In this document: one piece after another, positions 31,722-42,773 of the stretch
Layout of the letters: the number at the start of each line of letters is the position of its first letter
How positions within the stretch are numbered: position 1 is the first letter of the stretch
Assembly: GCA_008369845.1 (NCBI GenBank)
Contig: MRSU01007380.1
Coordinates: forward strand, 1 to 64,000
DNA length: 64,000 bases
Direction of reading: 5' to 3'
DNA from: Trichomonas gallinae
Lineage: Eukaryota
Notes under the pieces: model-generated
Seen by the model: only the letters and a program-made list of their open reading frames with translations
Told to the model about the DNA's origin: nothing
Databases searched by the model: none
Position numbers and translations under genes: made by a program

Positions 31722-32426
31722 TCAATGACGACTGTGGTGGTGATGATGATGGCTGTGATGACGAGAGCTTGAGTCACTGGAAGTATCCTTGTCTTGTGGT
31801 CTGTTAATATTTCGAAGACTGAATGCCTGATATTTTTGATTTGGATTTACACTGTCATCATCATCTTCAACTGGATATAACTCTGAAATACTTGTTCTGG
31901 ACTGATTAAATTTAGCTTTTGATGCTTGCTCAATTAATATTTGTTCTTGTTTCTTTCTGTCTTCTTCTTGCTTGCGTTTATTGAATATAGCAGTAAATGG
32001 GTCTTCTCTCATCTTCATTTCTTTGTCTCCTTTCGATTCTTTGACAGCACCTAAGAATTTTGAACCTGGAGCGTTAGTTTGAGTTATTTGCGCATGCACT
32101 TTATCTTGCATAATGGCATCTGGTCGTTGTTGAAACTTCAATGGGTTCACACGTTCTTCTTCAGGTTCTTCGTCTTCATCTCCTTTCTTTTGTACGATTA
32201 AAGCCTCGTAAATCCAATTAACTCTTCTTGGTGCTTTTTCTATTCTGCCTGCTGCTTCATTTGCCTTTCTTAATTCTTCTAAATCTTTTTCTTCTTCTCT
32301 TTCTCTACGTAATTCGGCCATTTTAGTTTGCTCTTCGTTATACTTGGCTTCAGCAATAGCCACCTTTCTAATATTATCGAGACGCCTTGGATGCCAAGTT
32401 TTGTGAGATATGAATTTCATAGACAT
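31722..32426 (-). CDS. CWC25: CWC25/CIR1-family pre-mRNA splicing factor
   Basis: N-terminal Cir_N-type HKTWHPRRLDNIRKV..AE, VNWIY, KMREDPF, His/Ser-rich tail. Confidence 0.8.
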   Translation of the reverse strand: MSMKFISHKTWHPRRLDNIRKVAIAEAKYNEEQTKMAELRREREEEKDLEELRKANEAAGRIEKAPRRVNWIYEALIVQKKGDEDEEPEEERVNPLKFQQRPDAIMQDKVHAQITQTNAPGSKFLGAVKESKGDKEMKMREDPFTAIFNKRKQEEDRKKQEQILIEQASKAKFNQSRTSISELYPVEDDDDSVNPNQKYQAFSLRNINRPQDKDTSSDSSSRHHSHHHHHHSRH

Positions 32427-32686
32427 TTTTTCGAAAATGAAGGATATTATTTCGAATTCTTGTTCTATTAGGCGGAAATATTGTATTATAGAGTCAAAAA
32501 TATGTTTTGACTAATAAGAAAAAAAAAAGTAAGTAATGATGAAGAAAGAAGATGATTCTAGATTAGAATTGATGATCAAAAATGTTAAAATTTCAAACGT
32601 GAGAAAAAGGTAGAATGGAATAACAATTAATTATTCTCACTTTTTTTCATGGTTTAAACAATTTATAAACATTTATTAATAAATCA

Positions 32687-33558
32687 TTAAATGTCAGTAT
32701 TTATTCCAGGAACCATAAGAAGTTTGACAACTTGATGATGACCAAACATTGAAGCCAAAATAAAAGCTGTGTTGTTCCAATCGTCTTTTGCGTTGACATC
32801 TATTCCAGGAACTATGAGGAGGAGTTTGACAGCTTCTTGCTGGCCATTTTTTGAAGCCTCGATCAAAGCTGTATCGTTGAACTTTGTTTCTTGCGCTTAC
32901 ACCAAGATGTGGAATTTTGAAAAAATATTGTGCGTTTTTAAATTTTAATACTCTACTTATGGCCAATAATTGTTGTGTGTGATCATTGCCAGATTCTATC
33001 ATAAAACGGGTGAGATTGAAGTTGGAATTTTTTTTTTTTTTTTCAATGAGTAAGAAAAGAAGTCCAGATTATGTTTATATATATTTTTTGTTTGGTGCAA
33101 CTTCTCATTGATTGCAAAATCCATAGCTTCTGCATCATTTTCATTTGCAATCGTGTGAAAATGTCATATATTAGATCAAAATCATAGTTTAAGCAGCTTT
33201 CAAAGTTTTTATATTCTTGTTATTTCGTTGCTTGATTCTGGAAAATGCAGACTTAATGATCTCAACGATTGAATTAAACGCATCCCATTCAATGCATTGA
33301 CCAAAAATTCTGAGCAATCCAAGAATATTTGTTATATCAATTATTTTTATTTCTCCAAACTCAATAGATAAATTACGGATAATATCTAGTCTGTCTACAA
33401 TTTCATATTTAATTTTTCAACAAAAATGTATGAAGATTCGCTGAAATTTAACTTTTCAAATACGTACAAAGTTCTCCTTTATGAAGTGTTTTGATGAGTG
33501 TATCATTAGTTATCATCGTGTGTATAGACTGAATATCCCCAACATCGGTAGAGTCCAT
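32687..33558 (-). pseudogene. Ankyrin-repeat protein pseudogene
   Basis: A frame not in the ORF track gives NDTALIEASKNGQQEAVKLLLIVPGIDVNAKDDWNNTAFILASMFGHHQVVKLLMVPGINTDI*. Upstream fragments (MDSTDVGDIQSIH.., DFDLIYDIF, DAEAMDFAINEKL, NFNLTRFMIESG) are broken by stops and frameshifts. Confidence 0.8.
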
Positions 33559-33972
33559 TTAATCCTAGAATCCATTTATAAAATAAGAAAACAATTATGA
33601 TTATATTTTTAGTCACCAAAGCAAGTCAAAAATCCGACAATGCACACAATTATACATTTTATCTGGAAGTTCATATATATATTGTCGTTACAATCTCAAT
33701 ATAATATCTTTGATTGAAGAGAAAGGAAGATATATAGAAAATTTATCTGTTAAAACATATACAGATTTTTATGTTACTTTTAATATTCAATGTGGAGTAA
33801 TTTTCCTCAAAAAAAAAAAACATCTTTCGCAAAAAATCAGCGACATTCAGTTGTTATATGTGTTATTTATATCCCACAATGCTTCTGTCATGAAAATTTA
33901 TGTTTAAAGTTGTTCAGGCAGTAAATATTTAATTAAATGAATACACAACCTGATAAAGAGAAAGATAATAAA

Positions 33973-34024
33973 TTTATGTGTCAAATAATCGATTTATGTG
34001 TCAAGTATTAAGTTTATGTGTCAA
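33973..34024 (-). repeat. Three copies of TTTATGTGTCAA at exact 20-bp period
   Basis: Copies at 33973, 33993 and 34013, with non-identical 8-nt spacers. Confidence 0.9.
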
Positions 34025-34132
34025 AAATATTTTTATTTGGCAGAATTATTGGTTGAAAAATTGAGATCTTAATAATAGCTTCCTTATGCTGAATGTAAAC
34101 AAATTCCAAAATTTTTCGAGTTCATTTTTATA

Positions 34133-35380
34133 ATGAATTCATCTATCACTGAGCGACTTCAAAAAAAGCTACCATTTGATGAGCTCATTTTCTCTTTTTT
34201 ACTCCATAATGGGAAAAAGTTGCTTGTTGATCAGTTATTGGATCAAATCAAATTATTCCCAAATTGCCCTGATGCGGCACCTCCATATTATACAAAGAAG
34301 GATGGATTTATTGGACTTAATAATGATACGTTTTTATCAAAATATGTACATATTACTGCAGATTCAATATTAAATTTACAAAATTCGGGAATTGAGTCAT
34401 TTCTATTTGCTAATCGCGAAATTATGATTGTACATGACTTTGATCTTGATGTTAATCAAACAGTTATCATTCACTCAGCAATTAATTCAGAACTTACAGA
34501 CTCTGAATGGGAAAAGAAAATTAAAACAGAACAATTTCGAACACTTTTCCATACATATAACCAAATTAGCCATTCTGTTATAACAGAACGTCCTAAATAC
34601 GACAAATATTCTTTACTTGCATTCAATGTTAAGCCTTTCCCCGAAGTTTTACTAGTGCATTTGTTTGCATATGCAGGTAAGAGTCGTTTAAAGATGAAAA
34701 AATTCATCAAACTCTTTTCAACACTTATTTTTAATATTAATTTCGACGAATTTATGTTATGTGATTTGATAGAGGATCCTATTAAGATAATTGATTCATG
34801 CAATTTGTTTTACATTGATAATGGAATGGTATGCATTCATCCACCACAAATTTGGACAAATTTAGAAACTCAGGAAGAAGCAATTGCACCTTACAAGCAT
34901 ACTATTGATATACCATATACACGACAAAGTTTTTCTACAATTAAAAGTATTTCAACTGCTCCGAAAGAAAATAGAATTGATAAAGTCACGATTTTTAATT
35001 ATATTGCAAACTTCACATCGAAATATATCACAGAGCCGTTTTGCTACTCAGATCTTTACGAATACATTGTTTTGCATTGGATTCAAGATAATGGAGCAGC
35101 TTCCAACACAAAACGCTTGCATGGTGAAATAGAGAACCAAATAAATATATACTTAAACCAAAATGCCGAAAGAGTCGAAGGCGAAAACAATAAAGTCGAT
35201 TTTTATCAATTATGCGAAAATGAAGATTATCAAACCGCTGAATTAGATTTAGAGTATCTAAATGATATATCGCATCAATGTTCATTGGATATTGCTCCTG
35301 ATTTAAATAATTTAGGTGATGAAAACTTCAAACTCAGTCACTCAATGTGGAGAATGAAACCTGAAGTAAACTATATATAA
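34133..35380 (+). CDS. Hypothetical protein (415 aa)
   Basis: Long ORF, TCATTT Inr about 10 nt upstream of the ATG, TAAA at the stop. No family recognised. Confidence 0.8.
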   Translation: MNSSITERLQKKLPFDELIFSFLLHNGKKLLVDQLLDQIKLFPNCPDAAPPYYTKKDGFIGLNNDTFLSKYVHITADSILNLQNSGIESFLFANREIMIVHDFDLDVNQTVIIHSAINSELTDSEWEKKIKTEQFRTLFHTYNQISHSVITERPKYDKYSLLAFNVKPFPEVLLVHLFAYAGKSRLKMKKFIKLFSTLIFNINFDEFMLCDLIEDPIKIIDSCNLFYIDNGMVCIHPPQIWTNLETQEEAIAPYKHTIDIPYTRQSFSTIKSISTAPKENRIDKVTIFNYIANFTSKYITEPFCYSDLYEYIVLHWIQDNGAASNTKRLHGEIENQINIYLNQNAERVEGENNKVDFYQLCENEDYQTAELDLEYLNDISHQCSLDIAPDLNNLGDENFKLSHSMWRMKPEVNYI

Positions 35381-35749
35381 ATTTGTTTGTTTTATAAAAT
35401 ATTAAATTCAATATCAAATCATTTTTGCAACATTGGATATCTGAGCATTTTAACTAAATCCTATAATTTTCCATCATGTTTTGAAGTATTCTAAACTTTA
35501 AAAATTATGTTTACTTGATAATATCTTTGCTCAAAAAAAAATAATTTAGCTTACATAATGATTTCATACTATTTTATAATTCTCTGAAGTGTATTATTAT
35601 AATACATATGATTAAAACTGTCCAATTTCGATAATATCAATGATAAATTTGATTTTCAAATAAAATTTTACTATAAATCGTTTTATTTCCATGTGCAGAC
35701 TCTATATATCTTGGAATTGGATCGAAATTCGACTTTAAGGTTTCTAATA

Positions 35750-37777
35750 ATGTTTTTGCTTTTCTTTGTTTTTTCGCATGTCGAAGCCAGAAATTTGACT
35801 TATGAAGGCGTCAACATCAAATTTGGCTTAGACAGAGAAGGTTATGGTTACTTTGGGTCTCGTTTTAACCCGACCAACGCGATAAATTTAACATTCAAGG
35901 GTCATTTATATCTACCCGAAGCTATAAGATACGGAAATCGAACATTTATCTTCAAAATGATATGCGAACGTGCATTTGCGAATACATCAATCACTGCAAT
36001 AACATTACCAACAACGTTGCAATGGATAGGCGAATCTGCATTCGAAAATGTTACTTCTCTTACTACAATAGACGCAAAATCTACAAATTTAAGTATTATC
36101 GACGTCAAAGGTTTTAGAAATTGTTCGAAACTCAAAGAATTTTCGTTACCATATACTATAAAGATGATCGGCAAAATGGCCTTCCAATATGCACCAATAA
36201 AGTCCATAGCAAATGCGAATTACACACTTCTTGATGATTATTCATTTTCGAATAATCATGAAATTACAAGTGTTGATCTTTCAAATTCATCACTTAAAAT
36301 AATATCTACGTCTTTGTTTGAAAATTGCACCAAATTAACAAATATTATTCTCCCTTCGACTTTATTTTGGATCAAATCATTTGCATTTGCAAGAACTTCG
36401 GTAATTGACGTGAAAATACCGCAAACGCTTACATTAATGCATAAATACGTCTTCACAGAATGTTTAAACATAAAACACGCAAATCTTGAGAATTCTCCAA
36501 TAAAATGTGTAAGTGATGGTCTTTATACCAATTGCACTAATCTAGAGTCTGTTATTTTGCCTAAAGTCTGTTATTGGATAGGAGCTTATTCGTTTTCTAA
36601 TACAAGTATCAAAAAAATAATTATTCCAAATATTTGTTACAATATTGGCGAATATTGTTTCTCGCAATGTCAGAGATTAACATCAGTCGATATGTCAAAG
36701 AGTGTTGTTGAGTCTCTTTCCGATGGAATTTTTTATAATTGCACAAATTTAGTTAAAATCAAAAATTCGCCAGTATTACAATACATTGGAGCTTTTCCAC
36801 TGTTTAACACCAAGATTGTTGATCTTGGTCCTCTCAGATCATTACAGAAATTGAATTCTTCAAGTTTCGTTAACTCGATGATAACAACACTTGATATGAT
36901 TAATTCTTCTATAGAAGAGCTTCCAGAAAAGCTTTTCTTCGAGCATCAACACATTTCAAATATCTCGGTTTCAAATTATACGAAAAGAATTGGTGCTTAT
37001 GCATTCTCTGGCACTCTTATGGTTAATATAACTTTGCCTCTTTCAGTCTCATTGATTGGTGAAGGCGCTTTCATGAATTGCAGTAATCTTTTCTTTGTAT
37101 GCCTAAATACTACAAATATTCAAGTTCTGATGCCACGCACATTCGAAAATTGCGAAGGTTTAGTAGTAGTCAGAGTACCAAAGCATCTTCACACGCTAAA
37201 ATTCGCTGCATTTCGAAATTGCACAAATCTTGAATGCGTGTTTGGTTCGAAAAGGCTGAGGATCATAGGCCCATTCGTCTTCTATAACTGTTGCTCATTG
37301 ACACAAGTCAATTTCTCAAGAATTGCGGTTCATTATATTGACGAGTCTGCGTTCGAATACTGCAGAAACCTCACTAATTTCACTATGAGTTATCAGACGA
37401 TTGGAACAGGCCCAAAGGCTTTCGCTCACACATCTATAGAAAAAATAGAATTTTTCCATAATATTGGAACTTTTTGTTTCGCGCATTGCACAAAACTTGT
37501 GGAAGTTAACATGACTAGGAGTTCCGCGACAGCGTTAAACTCTGCTATATTCGATCAATGCACTTCTCTCAAAGTTGTTCATCTTCCCAAAAAGATAACA
37601 TTCATCGGCCCAACTGTTTTTAGGGGCTGCACAAGTCTAGAAAAAGTATTCCATAGAGGAACCAAGAATATCGAGTCGGGTGACATTCCAAATTCGGTGA
37701 AGGTGTATGTAACGGAAGATTACACATGTGATGTATTTGGATCCCATTCCGTTATTGTTATCGAAAGAAATAAATAA
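35750..37777 (+). CDS. BspA-like (TpLRR) leucine-rich-repeat protein, probably secreted
   Basis: Signal peptide MFLLFFVFSHVEA. Many LPxxLxxIGxxAFxNCxxL repeats. No C-terminal TM segment. Confidence 0.92.
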   Translation: MFLLFFVFSHVEARNLTYEGVNIKFGLDREGYGYFGSRFNPTNAINLTFKGHLYLPEAIRYGNRTFIFKMICERAFANTSITAITLPTTLQWIGESAFENVTSLTTIDAKSTNLSIIDVKGFRNCSKLKEFSLPYTIKMIGKMAFQYAPIKSIANANYTLLDDYSFSNNHEITSVDLSNSSLKIISTSLFENCTKLTNIILPSTLFWIKSFAFARTSVIDVKIPQTLTLMHKYVFTECLNIKHANLENSPIKCVSDGLYTNCTNLESVILPKVCYWIGAYSFSNTSIKKIIIPNICYNIGEYCFSQCQRLTSVDMSKSVVESLSDGIFYNCTNLVKIKNSPVLQYIGAFPLFNTKIVDLGPLRSLQKLNSSSFVNSMITTLDMINSSIEELPEKLFFEHQHISNISVSNYTKRIGAYAFSGTLMVNITLPLSVSLIGEGAFMNCSNLFFVCLNTTNIQVLMPRTFENCEGLVVVRVPKHLHTLKFAAFRNCTNLECVFGSKRLRIIGPFVFYNCCSLTQVNFSRIAVHYIDESAFEYCRNLTNFTMSYQTIGTGPKAFAHTSIEKIEFFHNIGTFCFAHCTKLVEVNMTRSSATALNSAIFDQCTSLKVVHLPKKITFIGPTVFRGCTSLEKVFHRGTKNIESGDIPNSVKVYVTEDYTCDVFGSHSVIVIERNK

Positions 37778-38562
37778 AGTAGTTGTTTGTATTGAGATTT
37801 TTCAGTATTTTGTAAAGTTTTTCAAAGACAAATTCGACAATTTTGGTGAATTTGAATGTTTCTAATATTATATAATGATATTCATTGCAAAAATAGTCTA
37901 TGATGATTAATTCTAAACGACTCATAATTGATTTTTGACTCAAAAATAATCGTTTTTAAGATTTTTGAAGAAGAATCTTACATTTTCAGGTAAGTTAGGA
38001 TTAATTTGCTAATGAACATCATATGAAAAAAAGAAATTTACATGATCAAAGTAACCCTCAAAAATTTACGATTATTTTCGATTCAAAAATTAGTTTACCA
38101 AAAGTTATTATTTGATAATAAAGATCTATTTTATGAAGGAAGATTTATGCTGTCACGCCCGTAATTTCTTAAGGTTGAAAAAATTCAAATCTTAAAAAAG
38201 GAATTAACAATTTATCTTAATTATGATTTGAACTCCCATCTCAGGTTTTTGACTGATGCATCACATGAACGTTTTATCATAATGAAGCATATGGGTTTAT
38301 TATGGAAAATGCAATCAAAATAAATTACATGCCAATAAATTTTTCTGAGTTGTATTAATTTTTGAAAGAGAACTCAATTATCAACTTATTGCAATTTCCT
38401 CTATATTGTATGATATTTATAAATATTTATAAATTACAAAAATCTCAAAATTTCTAAAATAAGAAATAATTTCATATATACGAGTATCAACGGAATCCAA
38501 AACCAAAATGTTTTTGCATTTGAAAAGCTTGTTTTTAAATTTTATTTTTCAAAAACAAAAAA

Positions 38563-41500
38563 ATGGGCACGAAATATTTTGAACATAGATTAACAGAAGC
38601 AGAAATCAAAAAGGTCAGGTTGTCGCTGCCTATGACCCAGGCTGATGTCACTCATGTTCAAAAATGCCATATTCAGCTTAATAAGAAAATGTATCCTAAC
38701 GGTGTATGTGCAATTACAGAGCACATGATAATTTTCCTTAAGAAAGGCTGGACGAACAAATTTATAATAATCAGTCAGCACTATTTATTCAATGTCAGAA
38801 ACGTAACGATAATAAATAAAGGCAAAATTGGAATAATGATTCAAAATCTAAGAGTTATTGTCGAATCAGAAGATTTACTCGAGTTTGTGCGCCTTTTAAT
38901 TCGAAATTACACGTTGATTACTCAAATTTGGCCTTCAAAAATGTGCTTGCAACTGAAAACAAGCAGTCCGAATGACCTCCCTCCTTTCAGGCCCAATACT
39001 TCTCTATCAGAAATGTTCCAATTAACATACAATGCATATTGCTCATACTTCGAAACAGATTATTTCCATGACGTGGTGAGATTCTTTCACACAATGATCT
39101 CGACAGGAAACGCCATCGCTGATTTTTCGAATTTGCCACTTTCAGTAATCGACACGAATTTCATGGATCCTTTGTCATTGAGACCCGTTATTACCACATA
39201 TCTCTTCTGTCCGATGGTCTACGGTTATATGCTTCATGATGTTGCGCGTCCTGACTTTCTGAAAGCAATCGCGCCATTAGTACAGACAAACAAAATCTGC
39301 AAATTCATTCAGTGCTCACGATGTGCTATTCGCGAAGGAATTATAGATTTAGCAAAAGCTATGATCAATAATCCACAATCAACGATTCTTTTTTATGATT
39401 TATCAAATAATCCGATTGCAGACATTTCTAAGTTCGCATTTGCATTGAGCAAAGTCAAGAACAAAATTTTATATATCAATGTCAACAAAACATGCAAGAC
39501 TCAGACTGATGCTTTGAATTTCATGAAATCTTTCGCCTGCAATCAATATATGATGAGCGTAAGATACTTTTACATGAATGCAGCACCAGTCTATGAGAAT
39601 GCTATCGATTTCTTCGTTCAATATCTTGAAAATTGCACAAACAGAAATGCTTTGAATTTAAAGGCATTAGATGTCGGAAGAATCATCAGCGGTGATGACA
39701 AATTCTTCATGGCACTCAAGAAGAACCCAGTTCCAATCGAATATCTTGCATTTGAAAATTCTTATATAACGAAGAAAGGCTTTGATGCTTTGATTTCCTT
39801 CATTCACTCAGCAACGAACCTCAAAGAGCTCGATATCAGTGGAATTACATTCACAATCCAACAAATTCTCACAATTCTCGATGCAATCAACAAAAACGAT
39901 TTAATCACTGAAATGAAGTTACATATGAACGGCATCCAATCAATTGGCGCTGAGTTCCCGTATTTGGCTGATTATTTCAGCTCCACAAAGAAATGCGACA
40001 AATTCACAGGTCTTTACTTCAACAGAGTCGGCATCAAATCTAAAATGTTCATGAAGTTCAACGTCTTCTTCGATGAGTTCAGGAACTTGACTCATCTAGA
40101 GTTTGGCGGCAACTGGGGCCACAAAGATAAACAATTATTCCAATGCCTCGAATTATTGACAAGCATCGAAACTATCGAATTCCTCGGCCTCCAAGGTACT
40201 GACAGCTGCTATCTTGGAGAGAGAGGCTGCGAAATGCTGTGCAAATTACTCAAGAAGAACAAAAACATCATCGAACTCGATCTTTCAGACAACAAGATCG
40301 GCGATAATGGTATTGACAACATTTCTAACCTTCTTGAATCAAATGAAACAATTCGCATTCTTAAACTTGATGGATCCAAGCCTAATTCACTTGTTCCACT
40401 CACTCAGTTGTTTTCTATTGTCTCATCTCATCCATCTCTTTGCGTCTTCCCGTGGCCATGCAAAGATGTTTACGATTTCATCGAAAATGTCAAAGAGAAG
40501 AAGCGTCAAATCATCCTCGAAGACCTTTCTTACAAGCAAAGAATGGCTTCAGAGAATATGGAGAAGAACTTGAACAAATTCGGTTATCACTCAAATCTCA
40601 GCTTATTGGAGATTCCAGAAATAGACTACATCCTCGATGAATGCACACTTGAGTTCCACGACATCGTCTCAAAGAAATGCGTTAATAAGCATTCCAGCAT
40701 TATCAAAGATTTCGGCTTAGATTATCCACACGTTGATGAAAACGCACACTTCAAGGGCGCCAAGATCACATTCCCACCACACGACGACTGCTACGACGCC
40801 AAGAGGGACGAAAAAGGTTACCAAGAGAATTCATTGGATCTTGCACACACAAGACAGCTCGAATCTCTCCGCATGAGAAGAGAAGACCTCGTCGGCAGGG
40901 TTAGGTCTTTCGTGGCAAGACTCGACGGCGAAGAAGAGTTCTTAAGCTCGATCAGCAGCGAAGAAGAAGACGAAAAGAAGCCAGGCGAAGAAGCTGGTCC
41001 ATCAATTCTCGCTCAGTCACCTCCACAGCCTGAATCTTTGTCAACAACACCAAGACAGATGCCACCTCCAGCAGAGCCAGCTCCACCTCTACCACAGCAG
41101 CAGATTCTTCCACCACCACCTCCCGTTTACAACTCACTCATTCTCTCACCACAGATAGAAGAGGAGAAGAAGAACGCTCCACCACCATCACCAATTGTTG
41201 TTGACTCATCCAGCCAGCTTCCTCCTCCACCCCCATTCAGCCAGTTCCAATCACCACCTCCATCAATGGCCAACATCCTTCCTCCACCGATTCCAAACAT
41301 GCCGCCGCCAGATCTTCCACCGCCACCAATGGTAGCACCATTGGAAGCCCCTCCTGCTCTTTCGTCATTCAACCCAGTCGCTCCTCCTGTTTTGCCGAAG
41401 GTCCCTGTCTCTGTCCCAGTTATTCCTAACAGCCCTCCAGGACTGATAATCCCACCTCCACTCAACGACCCAGAGACGAACTCGCTCAGATTCGTCCCGA

Positions 41501-42207
41501 TCAACCACGCGGAGCCAGTTATGCCACCACCGCTTCCTAGGGCAGAGAGCAGCCCAAGGATCGGCTCTATCGAGATTCCTCCAAACATCTTCGACACAGT
41601 TGCTCTGTCTCCATCAGCTGAAAAGCAGAAGTCAGACTCAGATGACTTCCCAGACTTGCACACAGACTCAGAAGACGAGCATAAGCCAAAGAGGCCAACA
41701 TTGGATTCTACATCATCCGATGAGTCTGACTCTGACAAAGATACTAAGTCTGGCAAGTCATACTCATCATACGGATCATACTACTCCTCAAGCGATTACT
41801 ACTCAGACTCTAAGCCACCTAAAGAAGAGCCAAAGCCAGCTGCACCGCCATCAAAAAGACCGAAGATGGAATCGGAGTCTGATGATTCGGATTCTGGTTC
41901 TGGTGTTGATATTCCTGTGACTGCTAAACCTGCTGAGCCACCTAAAGAAGAACCAAAGCCTGCTGAGCCACCTAATGGAAGGCCGAAGATTGAATCATCA
42001 GATTCTAACTCAGATTCTGGTTCAGGTGTTGATATTCCTGTTACTGCCAAACCACCAGATCCGCCTAAAGAAGAACCTAAGAAACCAGCTGATCCGCCGA
42101 AGCCCTCAGAAGTGCCGAAGAAGGATGATAAGAAGAAAGATAAGTCTGATGAGAGTGACTATTACTCTTACTATAGTGATGGCTCATACTACTATTACTC
42201 AGATTAA
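38563..42207 (+). CDS. CARMIL-like protein: PH-like N-terminus, RNI-type LRRs, polyproline and acidic/Tyr-rich tail
   Basis: FQLTYNAYCSY linker; LDLSDNKIGDNG-type LRRs; long Pro-rich region. Confidence 0.75.
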   Translation: MGTKYFEHRLTEAEIKKVRLSLPMTQADVTHVQKCHIQLNKKMYPNGVCAITEHMIIFLKKGWTNKFIIISQHYLFNVRNVTIINKGKIGIMIQNLRVIVESEDLLEFVRLLIRNYTLITQIWPSKMCLQLKTSSPNDLPPFRPNTSLSEMFQLTYNAYCSYFETDYFHDVVRFFHTMISTGNAIADFSNLPLSVIDTNFMDPLSLRPVITTYLFCPMVYGYMLHDVARPDFLKAIAPLVQTNKICKFIQCSRCAIREGIIDLAKAMINNPQSTILFYDLSNNPIADISKFAFALSKVKNKILYINVNKTCKTQTDALNFMKSFACNQYMMSVRYFYMNAAPVYENAIDFFVQYLENCTNRNALNLKALDVGRIISGDDKFFMALKKNPVPIEYLAFENSYITKKGFDALISFIHSATNLKELDISGITFTIQQILTILDAINKNDLITEMKLHMNGIQSIGAEFPYLADYFSSTKKCDKFTGLYFNRVGIKSKMFMKFNVFFDEFRNLTHLEFGGNWGHKDKQLFQCLELLTSIETIEFLGLQGTDSCYLGERGCEMLCKLLKKNKNIIELDLSDNKIGDNGIDNISNLLESNETIRILKLDGSKPNSLVPLTQLFSIVSSHPSLCVFPWPCKDVYDFIENVKEKKRQIILEDLSYKQRMASENMEKNLNKFGYHSNLSLLEIPEIDYILDECTLEFHDIVSKKCVNKHSSIIKDFGLDYPHVDENAHFKGAKITFPPHDDCYDAKRDEKGYQENSLDLAHTRQLESLRMRREDLVGRVRSFVARLDGEEEFLSSISSEEEDEKKPGEEAGPSILAQSPPQPESLSTTPRQMPPPAEPAPPLPQQQILPPPPPVYNSLILSPQIEEEKKNAPPPSPIVVDSSSQLPPPPPFSQFQSPPPSMANILPPPIPNMPPPDLPPPPMVAPLEAPPALSSFNPVAPPVLPKVPVSVPVIPNSPPGLIIPPPLNDPETNSLRFVPINHAEPVMPPPLPRAESSPRIGSIEIPPNIFDTVALSPSAEKQKSDSDDFPDLHTDSEDEHKPKRPTLDSTSSDESDSDKDTKSGKSYSSYGSYYSSSDYYSDSKPPKEEPKPAAPPSKRPKMESESDDSDSGSGVDIPVTAKPAEPPKEEPKPAEPPNGRPKIESSDSNSDSGSGVDIPVTAKPPDPPKEEPKKPADPPKPSEVPKKDDKKKDKSDESDYYSYYSDGSYYYYSD
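41815..42080 (+). repeat. 123-nt (41-aa) coding tandem repeat, about 2.2 copies
   Basis: CCTAAAGAAG at 41818, 41941 and 42064. Unit PPKEEPKPAxPPxxRPKxESxxxxSDSGSGVDIPVTAKP. Confidence 0.85.
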
Positions 42208-42773
42208 TTTTATGTGTTCTTAATGTTTTATGTTTTTTAATAAAATATCTTTTCAATACGACGACGAGCTCCCGCAAAATTTGCCCATCGGCAATATTGC
42301 ATATCAAATTTTAGACTTTACATGATAAATATTACCTATGCGCGGCAAAAATGGTCACTTTTGACACTTTACACGTCAAAAGTTAGCGAAATCTCATTGA
42401 TACATCGAGCTCCTGTGGTTAAATCGACAAGCAAATGCTACAGACCAACTCAGAACCCCCGAAAAGCACGTAAATGTCTTCTCAGATTGGCTTGATAGGG
42501 GGGTTTATTCGGTGAAAATGACAAAACCCAATAAGGTCAACAAGAAAAAAAATTCAACGAATATTTCCCTTTTAACCCAAAAATAACTGCGCAAATCGGC
42601 AGAAAAGGACTTGAAAGATGAGTTTTGTTATATCTTAACAAAAAATTAAAATCGAAAATCTCAATTTTAAGATTTTTCGCTAAAATCAGAGTAAAACTAC
42701 ATATTGGTATGCGTTTGATGCATTTACAAGGTCAAAACTGCAAAAAAGTCACTTTAAAACCCTCTTTTCGTTG

